Shown one piece after another: positions 13,508 to 25,407 of a DNA stretch of 64,000 bases. Below the pieces are notes generated by a model. That model was not told where the DNA came from. It saw only the letters and a program-made list of their open reading frames with translations, and did not search any database. Made by a program: the position numbers and the translations under genes. This stretch comes from Octopus bimaculoides (lineage: Eukaryota): contig NC_069001.1 in the NCBI RefSeq assembly GCF_001194135.2, positions 25,900,762-25,964,761 on the forward strand, read 5' to 3'. Positions within the stretch are counted from its first letter, which is position 1. Every line of letters starts with the position of its first letter.

Positions 13508-14934
13508 ACATTGTGAAGGTACGCAATACAATTAGTAAATTTGATAACGGGTACTCAGTAATAAGGAGAGTGCGAATCTATTTTGAAGACATGATTGAAA
13601 ACGAGGAGATATAAAGCAGAAAAGAATCCGTTGAGAAAATTTGAGGACATTGAAATGAGAGAAGTATTGGAGGTATGTAATAAAAAAAAAAGGTAGATCG
13701 TTATATTTATGTCGTCGATTGTCATTAGTTCAACATGGATGTGAGACTCTGATGACAGACAAAGAAGATACAAAGAAAAAGACAGGGTGAAAAGATAATG
13801 AGATATTCTATTGTTAGAATTCATACATTTACCATTAAATTGTCGAAAGGACGAATTATGGCAAATTTGGCTATCTAGCAATAACGTATGTTGTTTAATG
13901 TTCTTCGTAAGCACAATACGAGATCTTGTGAAGCAGATCTATGAGGCAATGTTTTATACTCGTGGAGCATCTCTAAAACAATGGCTAAGAGATAAACAAT
14001 TTTGAGCGTGAGAAGAAGCTGGTAAATGTTAGAATCATAGTTTTTGTATAGCATACTCTTTTGTATCAAGAAAGAAGTCAATTGAGGTTGTAACGTTGGT
14101 TGTTATACGATTTCGATTATTCCTGGGTCGAGGTAGATGAATTTTATGCCGATGAAGCGCATTATTGGAACAACAATTATGCTTCGAACAGACGATATAA
14201 TTCAGTCAATGAGAAATCATTTTGGTCAGCAACAAAACTTTCTAGCAACAAGAAAACTTTTCGATCCAAGACAAAGCCCCCGACTTAGTCACTGAGAAAG
14301 CAGCTTGATGAAATGATTACAACTCTTGAGCAATCGTAGAAGTTTCTCAGGTTGGTGGGAATGGCTTTTGAATAAATATACTCGAGTGAAAGAGACAGTT
14401 CTCTGTAGGAACAGCAAACATTCTTGACTCAACGAAAAAAGATCTTCCAGTCAATTAAAAAGCTTTTGAGCCTATGAGTAAGCTATTTCAACCGACGAGT
14501 GAGCTAACGAGAAAGATAACTAAGTCAATGAAGAGATTCATTGACCCAGGATAGAAATTATATAAAATTACGAAAAAAAAAATCATCGTTGACCCAACGC
14601 GAAGTATACATGAATCAGTAATGAATTTAGTTCTAATAAACAATTACGCCTGGTCAACGAGAAGACCAGTGCCTACTGAGCATACTGAGATGCCTACAGT
14701 GCCTACTGAGAAAACCAGTGCCTACAACGAAACCTCCACTTACATATAGCAAAAGCCAATTTCATTATTTTATATTTAAAATGATTGCATTCGATAATAT
14801 AACCTATATATGGTGTGTATTAAAGTTCATTAAAGGAGTGTGAAAAGCTAAATACAATTAAACAAATTAACAGTAGTGTCTAAAATCACTCTATTCATGG
14901 CACTCCATTAATATTACAGATTTCTTATGAAACT

Positions 14935-15575
14935 AATGTCACACTTGAGATGTCACATTATTCATATCGGACTGTTATTACATTGTTATTACTCGGATGT
15001 CACATCATTAATGTCTAATTTTTTTATGTCACGTGTAGACATCATGTTATAATCACCTCTTGGTTACACTATTGATGTCCAATTATATTTGTCAAGCTAT
15101 GGATGTTACAATACTTAGGACACAACATTGATGTTAATGGCTTTATATCGCCCTCTTGATTTCACAGTCTTGTATTCATTCTTTTATTGCCCCTCTCTAC
15201 ACATCAAAATTATGATGTCATGCATCTGATATCACTCTACTCACTTCGTATTATTAATTACAGAGTATTTCACTGTCACATGACATTAGGGACGTCTCAC
15301 ATTTGATATTATTCTCCAGAATAATGGTGGGGGTCACACTACGGATCTTATATTATTGACATCACACTAATGATGTCAACATGTTGATTTTACCTTATTT
15401 CAATGTGATACTGTTAATGATGTTCCATTTAATAAAGCTTATCAAAATCGGGAATTGAATATCAACTTCATATGTTATCTTCGACCCGCTTTTTTTAATG
15501 TTTCACGGTACATAGCCGGTTACTGATATCGCGGTGTTGCGTTACCAATAATAACGGATTGATATTACACTATTC
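14935..15575. repeat. Highly decayed 14-bp tandem repeat, approximate consensus GATGTCACACTATT
   Basis: GATGTCAC-like motifs at 14935, 14949, 14996, 15010, 15074, 15102, 15130, 15158, 15214, 15228, 15358, 15372 and 15561; many spacings are 14, 28 or 56. Confidence 0.65.
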
Positions 15576-15984
15576 CACTACAATGGATATTAGTATGTTG
15601 ATGTTTTATTGTTCTTAACATATGAGGACACCTAGTATCATCTTAAGACAGAGCCCGGCATAGCAGTTGTACAAAGGTCTCACTGGGTTAGTTGACCGAT
15701 TTTTGTTGTGAGCTGTTGTGGGCAGATAAAAACTATTAGGTCCACTTCAATCACTTGTCTAGGATTCCAAAATACTGCTAAGGCGGTCCTGTTCACACCC
15801 TAGATAGCACACAATATGCTATCATGCTATTGCTGTAGGGTCGGTGTTACTCATAATCATAATTATTTAATACAGCTGTCACATTACTCATATCACAATA
15901 TCTATTTCGTTATTCATGTTAAGTCGGCGAGCTGGCACAATCGTTATCACGCCAGGAAAAAATGCTTAGTGTTATTTTGTCCTT

Positions 15985-16130
15985 TATATTCTGACGTCAA
16001 ATTTCGCCCCAGTTAGCGTTGCCTTTTATCATTTCGATGCCGATTAAAGAAGTACCAGTTGAGCACTGAGGGCTATACTAATCGACTTTCCTCAATTGCA
16101 AACTTGCTGGCCTTGGGCTAAAATTTGAAA
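15985..16130 (+). mobile_element. Nin/Deu-domain SINE, 5'-truncated
   Basis: TCAAATTTCGCCCAG...GCCTTTTATCATTTCGATGCCGATTAAAGAAGTACCAGTTGAGCACTG...GGCCTTG...TTTGAAAC. Confidence 0.7.
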
Positions 16131-16825
16131 CCACTCACGCGATCTATGTTACCTACTTGATATCCGAATTTTGTTATCGCATCATATCCATATACTTCAT
16201 GATACGCTATTGATGTAACATGTTACCATATTGCTATTAAAGAGCCATTCTCTTTATACCACTCTATCGCTGTCGCACACTTTATAACTCACATTTTATG
16301 GTATGATTTTCAGAAGAGATTGCATTAACTTGTAAACAGCTAAGTGTTTGCCGAAAAAATTGTCGTTACAGCTAAAATCATCCGTGCAAAATAGCAATGA
16401 TTTTCCTTAATATACACAAGTATACTTACAGGGGTTATTAAGGTGGGCGACTCAATGAAACAGATACCATACAATTTGCGACAACATGCATAGTATAGAT
16501 AATCGAATTAACTTCAAACCTCTGATAATATAGAGGAATATTGCACGGTGCTTAATGTAGTAATGAATCCGCTTTATCCCAATTAAGGACACAGAAGATA
16601 CGTCTGAAACCTCTCTCATCGTAATTCTACCCTCTTAGAGTTGATTTCAATACAACAACAACATTACGTGTTGTGTGATACTAACATGTGATATCGTTAT
16701 GTTGTCTCATCTTTAATGAGGTTTCTTATCTCAATAATAAACTGGAGAGCTGTAAACGAGTGTGCGATCGTATATGCACATGTATGCTTTCATTTATAAG
16801 TACATGTGTGTCTGTGTGTATTTGG

Positions 16826-16886
<61 letters not shown>

Positions 16887-16964
16887 ATGAGAGAGAGAGG
16901 GAGAAAGCAATAATAATAATAATAATTTAAATATTAATAACACTAATATTAATAATAATAATAA

Positions 16965-17385
16965 TTCTCCTAGTTGCAATTGTAGAGTTAAATCCCCCTG
17001 TACATTATTAGGCCGATGTTGTACCCAGAATGTTATATAGATATGTACAATAATAACTACAACTAATAGTCATATATACATTGGTTGTTCGATTAATTTG
17101 AAACAGGGTCTATACAACCATGTGTCGTCCTTTAAACTTAAACATAAGGCGAATTGTACGTCATTATCCAGTAATATTTGGGAATTCAAGGAAAGTGGAA
17201 TTGGGTTTAGCCTCAAATGTGAAATAATAAGAAAAGCGCAACCTTATAGGAATAGCAGATATGGGTATGAGCTGTGTTCTATGGAAACATGAATTTTTTA
17301 GGCATAAAGATAAAGTCAACCTGATTGATAATCGATTAGACCTCAGGGAATCATGTGTACATAGTGTCACCCTTATCTTTAAATA
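16965..17385 (+). mobile_element. Penelope-like element GIY-YIG endonuclease (3' end of ORF)
   Basis: Translation CNCRVKSPCTLLGRCCTQNVI*ICTIITTTNSHIYIGCSINLKQGLYNHVSSFKLKHKANCTSLSSNIWEFKESGIGFSLKCEIIRKAQPY...ELCSMET has the CxC..CP(L)..C linker, the YIG motif and the typical PLE C-terminus. Preceded by an (AAT)n linker. Confidence 0.9.
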
Positions 17386-17399
17386 TTTTAGAAAGTAAC

Positions 17400-18955
17400 A
17401 CTTTACTGATCCTGTTATTCAAAACCTATAATGTACCTCTTTGTTTTAAATCAGTGTTAGCATATCCTACAGCTTCCATATTCCGTTAGTTAATATAGGG
17501 TATCAGTCATTATAGGTACAAGCTAAATAAATAGATAAACATTTTTTTAGTTCTAAATACTTGAATTATTACATATTTTCCATAAATCTTCTCTATTGAT
17601 GTTACTAAGTTCGTATATATACTTCATCATGATGTTTAGTGATTAAGCTATTTTATATATGTTTCTATGGTGTTCTACCCTACCTGATAATTTTAATACT
17701 GTTTAATACTTTATAATTGTCTTTAGATAAACCTAAATATTTGTATCCCTATAAATTCATATTTAGCTTATATAAAACAATATGGATATCTTCACAACTT
17801 AAATTAAACTGCTTAGATTATAATTTAATTAATTATAGTATATTTGTTCTTTCACCTCAAAGTTAAATCCTCTTGATAACCCTAAATTTTAGCTTCATAC
17901 AATATGGCTATGTTGTTTAAAATAGTTTTAGTAATTAATTTTTTTTTATCCCTTTAATAAAGTGCTCCGTCCTACTGATCTTAGTATTTATATTAGTCTT
18001 TATACAAGCAGCCCTTCTAATTAATCACCCGTAAGAAACTGTAATATCACGTACGGATTAACACTAATAACTTTTTATATCTATATTATACCTCTTAATT
18101 TAATATTAGTATATAATTAGCATGTCCTTTTAACAACAATATTCTTTTAACCAATACCGGTTATCAGTCTTAATTGTAATAAGCTAAATAAGTTAATAAA
18201 CAATTTTTAGTTAAAAATACTTAAACTATCATACATTTTTTATAAATATTCTCTATTGAAGTTAATAAGGTATATATACTTTATTATGGTTTTAGTGATT
18301 AGGCTATCTTTATTCCTTTTCTATGGTGCTCTACACTAACTCATCATTTTATTATGTTATAATAGCCTTGAATAAATCTAATCTAATCTTTGTACACCTA
18401 TTAATTCATACTTAGCTTCTATAAGACAATACCGGTATCTCCGCAACTGAAAATAATTCAATTTAATTAAATTAGTATATAGTTCACATGTTCTTTAGCC
18501 TCAGTGCTCTTTTATTAAATACCAGTTACACCCAACTGATCAATCTCCAAAGATACCATCTAATAAGTTAATATTTAGACATATAATAAGGATAAATATT
18601 AAACTAATTCTATGTAATTTTCATTTCCTTCTTCTATTGTGGTAAAAATTTGGTAGATACTCAAAAGTATTCAAAGAAGTTTTATCCTTTTGTTATATCA
18701 TTCTTAATAATCTTCTTGACTACCGTAAAGTTTAACTTTATACAATATGGCAATATTGTTTGAAATTATCTTCAGAAATTACTTGATTTACCTCAGTACA
18801 CCTTTATTAAATACCAGTATTTACCAATTGATCAATATTCACAGATACCATCTGAAAAGTTAATATTTAAGCATATAATATGTATAAATATCAAACTATT
18901 TCTAGATAATTTCTTTTCCTCCCTCTATTGTGGTAATCTCCAGTATTTTTGCTCC
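17400..18955 (-). pseudogene. Putative decayed TPR-repeat-like coding sequence with internal duplications
   Basis: Minus-strand motifs SNNIAILY (NN codons start at 18760) and LNNIAILY (17917) are 843 nt apart, hence in frame; EHHRKGIKIA and EHHRNIYKIA are duplicated. Duplicated blocks: 17500-17860 vs 18160-18500, and 18499-18645 vs 18791-18936. Many stops, so the call rests on motif resemblance only. Confidence 0.4.
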
Positions 18956-18959
18956 TTTT

Positions 18960-18995
<36 letters not shown>

Positions 18996-19139
18996 ACACA
19001 CACACACACACATATATTATAATATTAGGGAATGTCAAAATCCAAACTTACAAGGATATATAATTTAGTAATACCATATTGAATTTTATAATAAATATGT
19101 TAATAATTTAGAGAAGAACCCCAAAATGCAATTCAAACA

Positions 19140-19194
19140 ATAAATCACGTGACAATACGGTGTCACAAGGACGCCGTGTTGTCACGTGATTTAT
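19140..19194. promoter_or_regulatory. 25-bp inverted repeat (5-nt loop) with a CACGTG E-box in each arm
   Basis: ATAAATCACGTGACAATACGGTGTC-ACAAG-GACGCCGTGTTGTCACGTGATTTAT; 23/25 complementary. The structure is certain; a regulatory role is not. Confidence 0.5.
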
Positions 19195-19725
19195 ATATTT
19201 TAAATTTTAAATAGTAAGTTTGATATTTGAGCTCACGGAGGGGCGCCGATTTATCATTATGGTTAATACTGCAGACTACAAGGAATCTTCGTTAAAGTAA
19301 GTGATGCCGTTTATTTTATTAATACTGTTTAACGTTCGAATTCTTTTATCAATTAATAACACTATATTTTTGTATATATTACTATTCTTAATCGTCAGAT
19401 AGCATTTCTTTCTTAGAGGAATTAGGTCTTTAACTTGAGTAATAATTATTATTATTAAAACTTGGAATTTTATGTATTGTACTAATAAGAGCTTTCCTAC
19501 TTGTACAGATATTTCTACTATATTCCTATTCTATTTAATTTTATTATTTAAATACTAGGATAGTTTCCCTGTCTATTTCTATTAGTTCATTTAGAGTCCA
19601 GTTAAAAATGATAACAGAATCAATAATATAGGCGACTGGAAGTCCTAAAATAAGCATTAAAAATCTTCGCAAATATTTTCTCCTGATTTATTAATAATAA
19701 TAATGATAAACTTGTTATTATTAAA

Positions 19726-20053
19726 GTCAAAATTAAAAGAAGGGACATTGTATTCTTGTGTGTCTTCAATAGATTTAAAAAAATGTTTTTGTCAATTTAC
19801 TTGATTTTGGCTAATATATAAAAGATTGAGGTAACTCTTCCAGAAAATATAGAGTCAAAATTAAAAGAAGAGTGTTATTGTCGTCTAGTGAACGATATTT
19901 CGATATCTTGTGTATCTTCAATGGGTTAAAAAAATAATTTTGTCAATCTACTTCATTCTGGGTAATATATAAAGGATTGAGGTAAATCCTCCAGAAGATA
20001 TTGAGTCAAAATTAAAGGAAGTGTGCCATTGTCATCTAGTAAACGATATTTCG
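19726..20053 (+). repeat. Tandem triplication (128 nt, 151 nt and a partial unit) with coding-like content
   Basis: GTCAAAATTAAA recurs at 19726, 19854 and 20005; the units translate as IEVTLPENIESKLKEECYCRLVNDIS and IEVNPPEDIESKLKEVCHCHLVNDIS. Confidence 0.8.
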
Positions 20054-21737
20054 AAATGTGCGTTTTGTATTATTGTTATTATCATTGTTATTATTATTAT
20101 TATTATTTAATGAGAAAAAGAGTGAACAAGAACCAGTGTGCTTATTTTTGACACAATGACTCTCTTAGTTAGAACAAAATGTCAAGTGTATATTTCTTTT
20201 ATAGAATCTTTTTTAATCTTGTCTTTCAAATTTTTTGTTGATTTCCTGAGTTGTTGTTTTATCCCATTTGAACATGATTAAGACGAAGCATCAAGTTTTC
20301 GTTATGATAGCAATACTTTATTTTATCACTCGCTGTATTTTTGACTGGGTTTATAAATGTGCCTTTTTCACTAAATTAGAGCGCGTTTCAGTGAATATTT
20401 GCTGCTGCTTATGACTAGTCGAGATTAAAAGTAGAGAAGGGATAGAAATTGTTGACTGCTTTTAGTCTTATAAATCAGTCTCAATAAGACAGTCCCTTGC
20501 AGCAAAGTTCTAAGACCAAAATAGCAATTTGTAAAAATTAATGTCTAATTATTCCCTCTGTTGTATGCATCCAGAATTCAGTTTTAGTTATAAAATGATC
20601 CCTCCAACTAATATTGATTTTCGTCCTTATATTTCTTATCGGTTGCAATTATTTTGCTGCATAACGTAGTTTTAGAGAGAAAGTGATTGGGTTGATTTAT
20701 TGATTACATAGTAATGCTTCGCCTCAGTAAAGTTGAGTGGTAGATGTCTGTGTATACATATGTATATTGGGAATACAATTAACAGCGTCAGTTAATCTCT
20801 CTATTACTTAATTACTTCAATTGATTGTTATACACCTTATCGACCTAGACACTGACAACGCTTTTATTAATTAATTAATTGGTCAGAGAAGCCATGACAA
20901 TGTTCATGACTTGTATAGGACTTCTCAGATCGATGACAGTCAGACTGTACAAGTACTTCAGAAAGAGAGAGAGAGAGGAGGGGAAGAGAACGGTGAAAGA
21001 TACTTGTCACACATTTCTCTGTAGAAATCGAACGGAAAAATTTATTTTAACATGGACACAAGATGCAAATTTGTAGACGGTGGATAATCATTTGAATTCC
21101 CCCAACAGCTTAATTGGTACTTAATTTATGTCCACTTGAAGGCTAAAAGCAAAACCGGCCTCGTAAACCTTTGAGCGCAGAATATCAAAATGCCACTACG
21201 TACTGCAGTGCATTTTGTACGACGCTAAAATATGTGGTCAATGCAACGCTCTAATCTCACAGGAGTTTTCAAACATAAATACCCGTATAAAACACATAAG
21301 CTAGAACACAACAGAAATTGCATATGACAAAAACAGATGAGGACCTCAGGGATACCAAAAGTAATCAAGTTGAGCAAAATTCTCCAAACGCTAAAGGTAG
21401 TAATGTCTGGTGTTAAAGGAGGACACGTGAGTTAAAGATAAATCTCTAGTCAAACCATAGCAGTTTTCAAAAAGAGGATATCTAACTCATATTTCTACCA
21501 GAAGAATTTATTAGCAAATGATTCTAGAATCAGATTTGTGATGTTAGGCATCTTTTCATAGGTACAAATTAAGTTTAAATCTAGCCAGACCATATGTATA
21601 ACCATCTATCAAATAAATATATGTTGACAAAAGCATTTCCGTGCCGAGGAGAATTATTACTTCAAAGGTTTTTTCCAAGAATTGGATCAATATATGAATT
21701 GCTAAGAGAATCATATATTTATAAACGTATTTCTTAT

Positions 21738-21799
<62 letters not shown>

Positions 21800-22449
21800 G
21801 TAGAAACCCAAACTTAAACACTTATTTGTAGAAATTATTGCTTATGCGAATGCTCAAGTATGCGTAAGTGAATAAATGTAGGTATGTATGGCGACACACA
21901 CACATATATATACATATGCATATATATGAATACATATGTATATATATATGAACACACACATATATATATATACATACACACACACATACACATATATAAA
22001 TATCTACATGCACATATACGTATCATCGCGCGTATGAATACACACACACACATGTGCATAAATACCTGAACTAAAACGGCTGGTATAGAATGGAACGATT
22101 CGGTGAGATGAGAGCAAAACTGTCATCATACGAAGATGGTATTTCACTTATCTCTAACCTGTGTTTCTTTCATATATCTCACTTCTATTTTCGTATCTAA
22201 TACTTGGATATTTCAATGGAAATAGAAATAAGACAACCAGTTTTGTTAATATTTGCCCAAGGAGAGGGAATATGGAAAAGTGCGTACATTAGATGAGTAA
22301 GTGACATACATAAAGATATGCATATATGTATACAGATTAAGATATACATATAGATTTATATATGTATATATACATATCTATACATCTATATATCTATCTC
22401 TCTCTATATATATGTATGTATGAATATATGTATATATACATATATGTAA

Positions 22450-22513
<64 letters not shown>

Positions 22514-23310
22514 TCACATATATGTAATTACAAGCATATGTAAGCTTAAATAATATGCATGTGTGTGTTTGTGTCGGTGTTTACGTATATATTATTGCAA
22601 GTAGGCTCTTAGGTAATATTGGGAATGTAATATACGTTGAACAATATATCTCTGCATGTTTGTATACTTCCATGTATTTAGATATTTGAGGTGTCTGTAT
22701 CTATGTCCTTGTGTGTGTGTGTGTATGTATGTGTGTCTGTGTATTTGTGTGATTGTGTGTGTTGGTATGTTCCTGTGTGAGTGTCTTTCTGAGCGTTTAG
22801 GAATGTGTGTATGTCTGCGCAAAAGAGGCAAATTCGGTATTTATCCTTGTCAGTAAGGAAGGTACTATTGAAGTTGTTGCATACCTGTAAACTTTCCACA
22901 TGGGATTTTTCATTCCGTTTCATAAACATACATTTTAATAAGTCTGTGCACACGTTTCTATGCGCATCTTTGTATTTCTCTGTGTGTCTGTTTGCATGTG
23001 TATTTGATTGTGCGTTCGTTTGATCCTGTGTGAGTGTGTTTCTAAGAGTTTAGGAATGTGCGTATGTCTGCGTGTGTGTATATATATATACACACACATG
23101 AGTATATGTATAAATATATATATATATATATGTGTGTGTATGTAAATGTATACATACACCCGCACATATGTATATATAGGTGCATGCGCGTTGGAAAATT
23201 GCTTCTCAACCACCTGGTGCTTGTTACATTCACACACCATGAGCTTGTGTCATCTATTACAGTGTTGCTATTGGATAAGATAGAGGGAAACTGAACGCCC
23301 ATGCTTTATA

Positions 23311-23355
<45 letters not shown>

Positions 23356-23409
23356 TGGCGTGACACTCAATAATGTGTGAGGTTATCAGGAAATACTGAG
23401 ACATTAAGT

Positions 23410-23720
23410 TTGCACCTCATACTTGGTTCTTCAAATTCGTTGATGAAGTTTTCCGTACCGTGTATATTTCCATGATATCTGCAGTGTACAACGAATTATT
23501 ATTATAACCACAGTTTTCGAACATTGAAAAACCGACCACTTGATATTGCTTGAATTCATACGAATTTTCTTTATCTTCCAACTTACTGTAAATAAGAAAG
23601 GGGTAAGTAGCTTTGCATTCGGATCTGAAGGTCATCTTATGAATATGAAACTTGATTTGTAGTTGTTGCTTGTAGAGACTATAGAAACGGAGATGAACTG
23701 ATTCTTATAAAATACATATT
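23410..23720 (-). mobile_element. Possible PLE GIY-YIG fragment
   Basis: Minus-strand pieces ..LQIKFH(I)HKMTFRSECKATYPFLIYSKLEDKENSYEFK.. resemble the PLE pattern FK.R...HK..F..E.....T.LS..IW.LKD....Y..KW. Confidence 0.4.
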
Positions 23721-24333
23721 AATAAATAATATAGTTTATTAGGCACTTGATACCTAATGGTCAAAAGGGTTTACATTTGAAGTTACACAATCAACTAGGG
23801 TTCCCACGCAGAGTATGTGTCAGGTCAATCTGCCCCGGTTTCCTAAAGCCTTCACTAAGCACAGGGGCAGCCTTAGTAGCAGTTTGATTACCGAAATTTT
23901 GCTCTGTCCTGTTGATGTCGTTCTCGTTCGGATGGTTACTCTGCGCAAGTTATCACTATAGTTTAACAAGGATGTTCTCTATACGTGCATATTTTGCGTA
24001 TCGTTAACTTATTGATCAGTGGATCGCTAAGGCACATATTAGTAATCCTGCGAATATTGAATCTGCTTTATTTGATCGCCATATAAGTAATGTCTGATAC
24101 TTCCAAAACGGGGTTATGTAGCACCTGTTATATTATCGAAATTTTCTGCCTAATCTCAAAACGGGACGGAATGCATTTATTTCTTTGATTAGTAAATTGT
24201 TATTTTCATAGATCACCCATCGAGATATAAGTTTTCTATACAAGCCATGTATATGCTAGAGACAGAGAAACTCCGTTTAACTATGATCACTTCACTGATC
24301 ATAATATATTATGCAACAATGTGTGTGTGTGTG

Positions 24334-24390
<57 letters not shown>

Positions 24391-25223
24391 AAAGAGAGAG
24401 AGAGAGAAAGTTAGACATAGATATATATGCATATATACATACATATACAAATATACGTATATATCTGTAAGTACACATATACCCACATATACGCACCGGA
24501 ACGCGCACGGACACGCTCACATATGCATATATTGACCATTTTGCTCAGAGTTATGTTCGCTGGTCGCAACTTAGATTTTATGTAATGTTCTTTTTATACC
24601 AGATCAAAAACATCTTCGGTATTTTTGCTCAGCAAAAATGACCACCATTTGTTGTTATTTAATAGAATCTGCAATTAGATAACATAAATTATCCGGGCTA
24701 TGACTTTTTAGTTTCGCAGATATTTTAATCAATACATACATGTATAGAAACACAAACACACACACAGGCATGAGCTCATACAGAGATATATGAATTAATG
24801 TTTGCAAGAGTGTTAAATGGACAGCATCAAGGACAGCTGAAATTCATTTGCTATCTCTTATTTGTCCTTTAATGCAGTACGGCATTTGCTGTCATGATGC
24901 AAACTGTTAATGCTTTATTGTTGCAGTACTAGCTGAAGGGAAGCATTGTTAGAGTACTGGCTGAATTTGATAACATGATTTCGCTTAGATATAAGACACA
25001 TCATGTGTGTTGGGAGGTGTATGTATGTGTATGTATAATCATATGACTCTGCAGTCAAAAACTGCGCTGCAGTTTGGACCAATTTATTCCGGGGTACCGA
25101 GTTCATTCTAACTCTGAGAAAAAAATGTGTTTTACACTTTTGGAAATTGTCATGCTTCATAACCACAAGCTGAACAGTGCCCTCTGAGATAATTTCCTAG
25201 ATAGAAACTGTTTTGAAATTTTA

Positions 25224-25407
25224 GGGCGGCGAGTGAAATGCTTAGCGGTATTTCGTCTGCCGTTACGTTCTGAGTTCAAATTCCGCCGAGGTTGACTTTG
25301 CCTTTCATCCATTTGGGGTCGATGAAATAAGTACCAGTTACGCACTGGAGTCGGTGTAATCGACTTAATCCATTTGTGGCGAGCCCCTTGTGGGCAGTAA
25401 AGAAATA
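25224..25407 (+). mobile_element. Nin/Deu-domain SINE with a ~20-bp target-site duplication
   Basis: GCTTAGCGGTATTTCGTCTGCCGTTACGTTCTGAGTTCAAATTCCGCCGAGGTTGACTTTGCCTTTCATCCATTTGGGGTCGATGAAATAAGTACCAG. Flanked by AGAAACTGTTTTGAAATTTTA (25203-25223) and AGAAACTGTTTGAAATTTTA (25408-25427). Confidence 0.92.

Noticed and set aside
14100-14288. DEAH motif in a 62-aa ORF, suggesting a helicase
   Set aside because: No Walker A or other helicase motifs nearby; a four-residue match is expected by chance.
17400-18955. Nuclear mitochondrial insertion as an explanation of the AT-rich island
   Set aside because: No recognisable mitochondrial protein, rRNA or tRNA motif; TAA is still a stop in the invertebrate mitochondrial code; the internal duplications do not fit.
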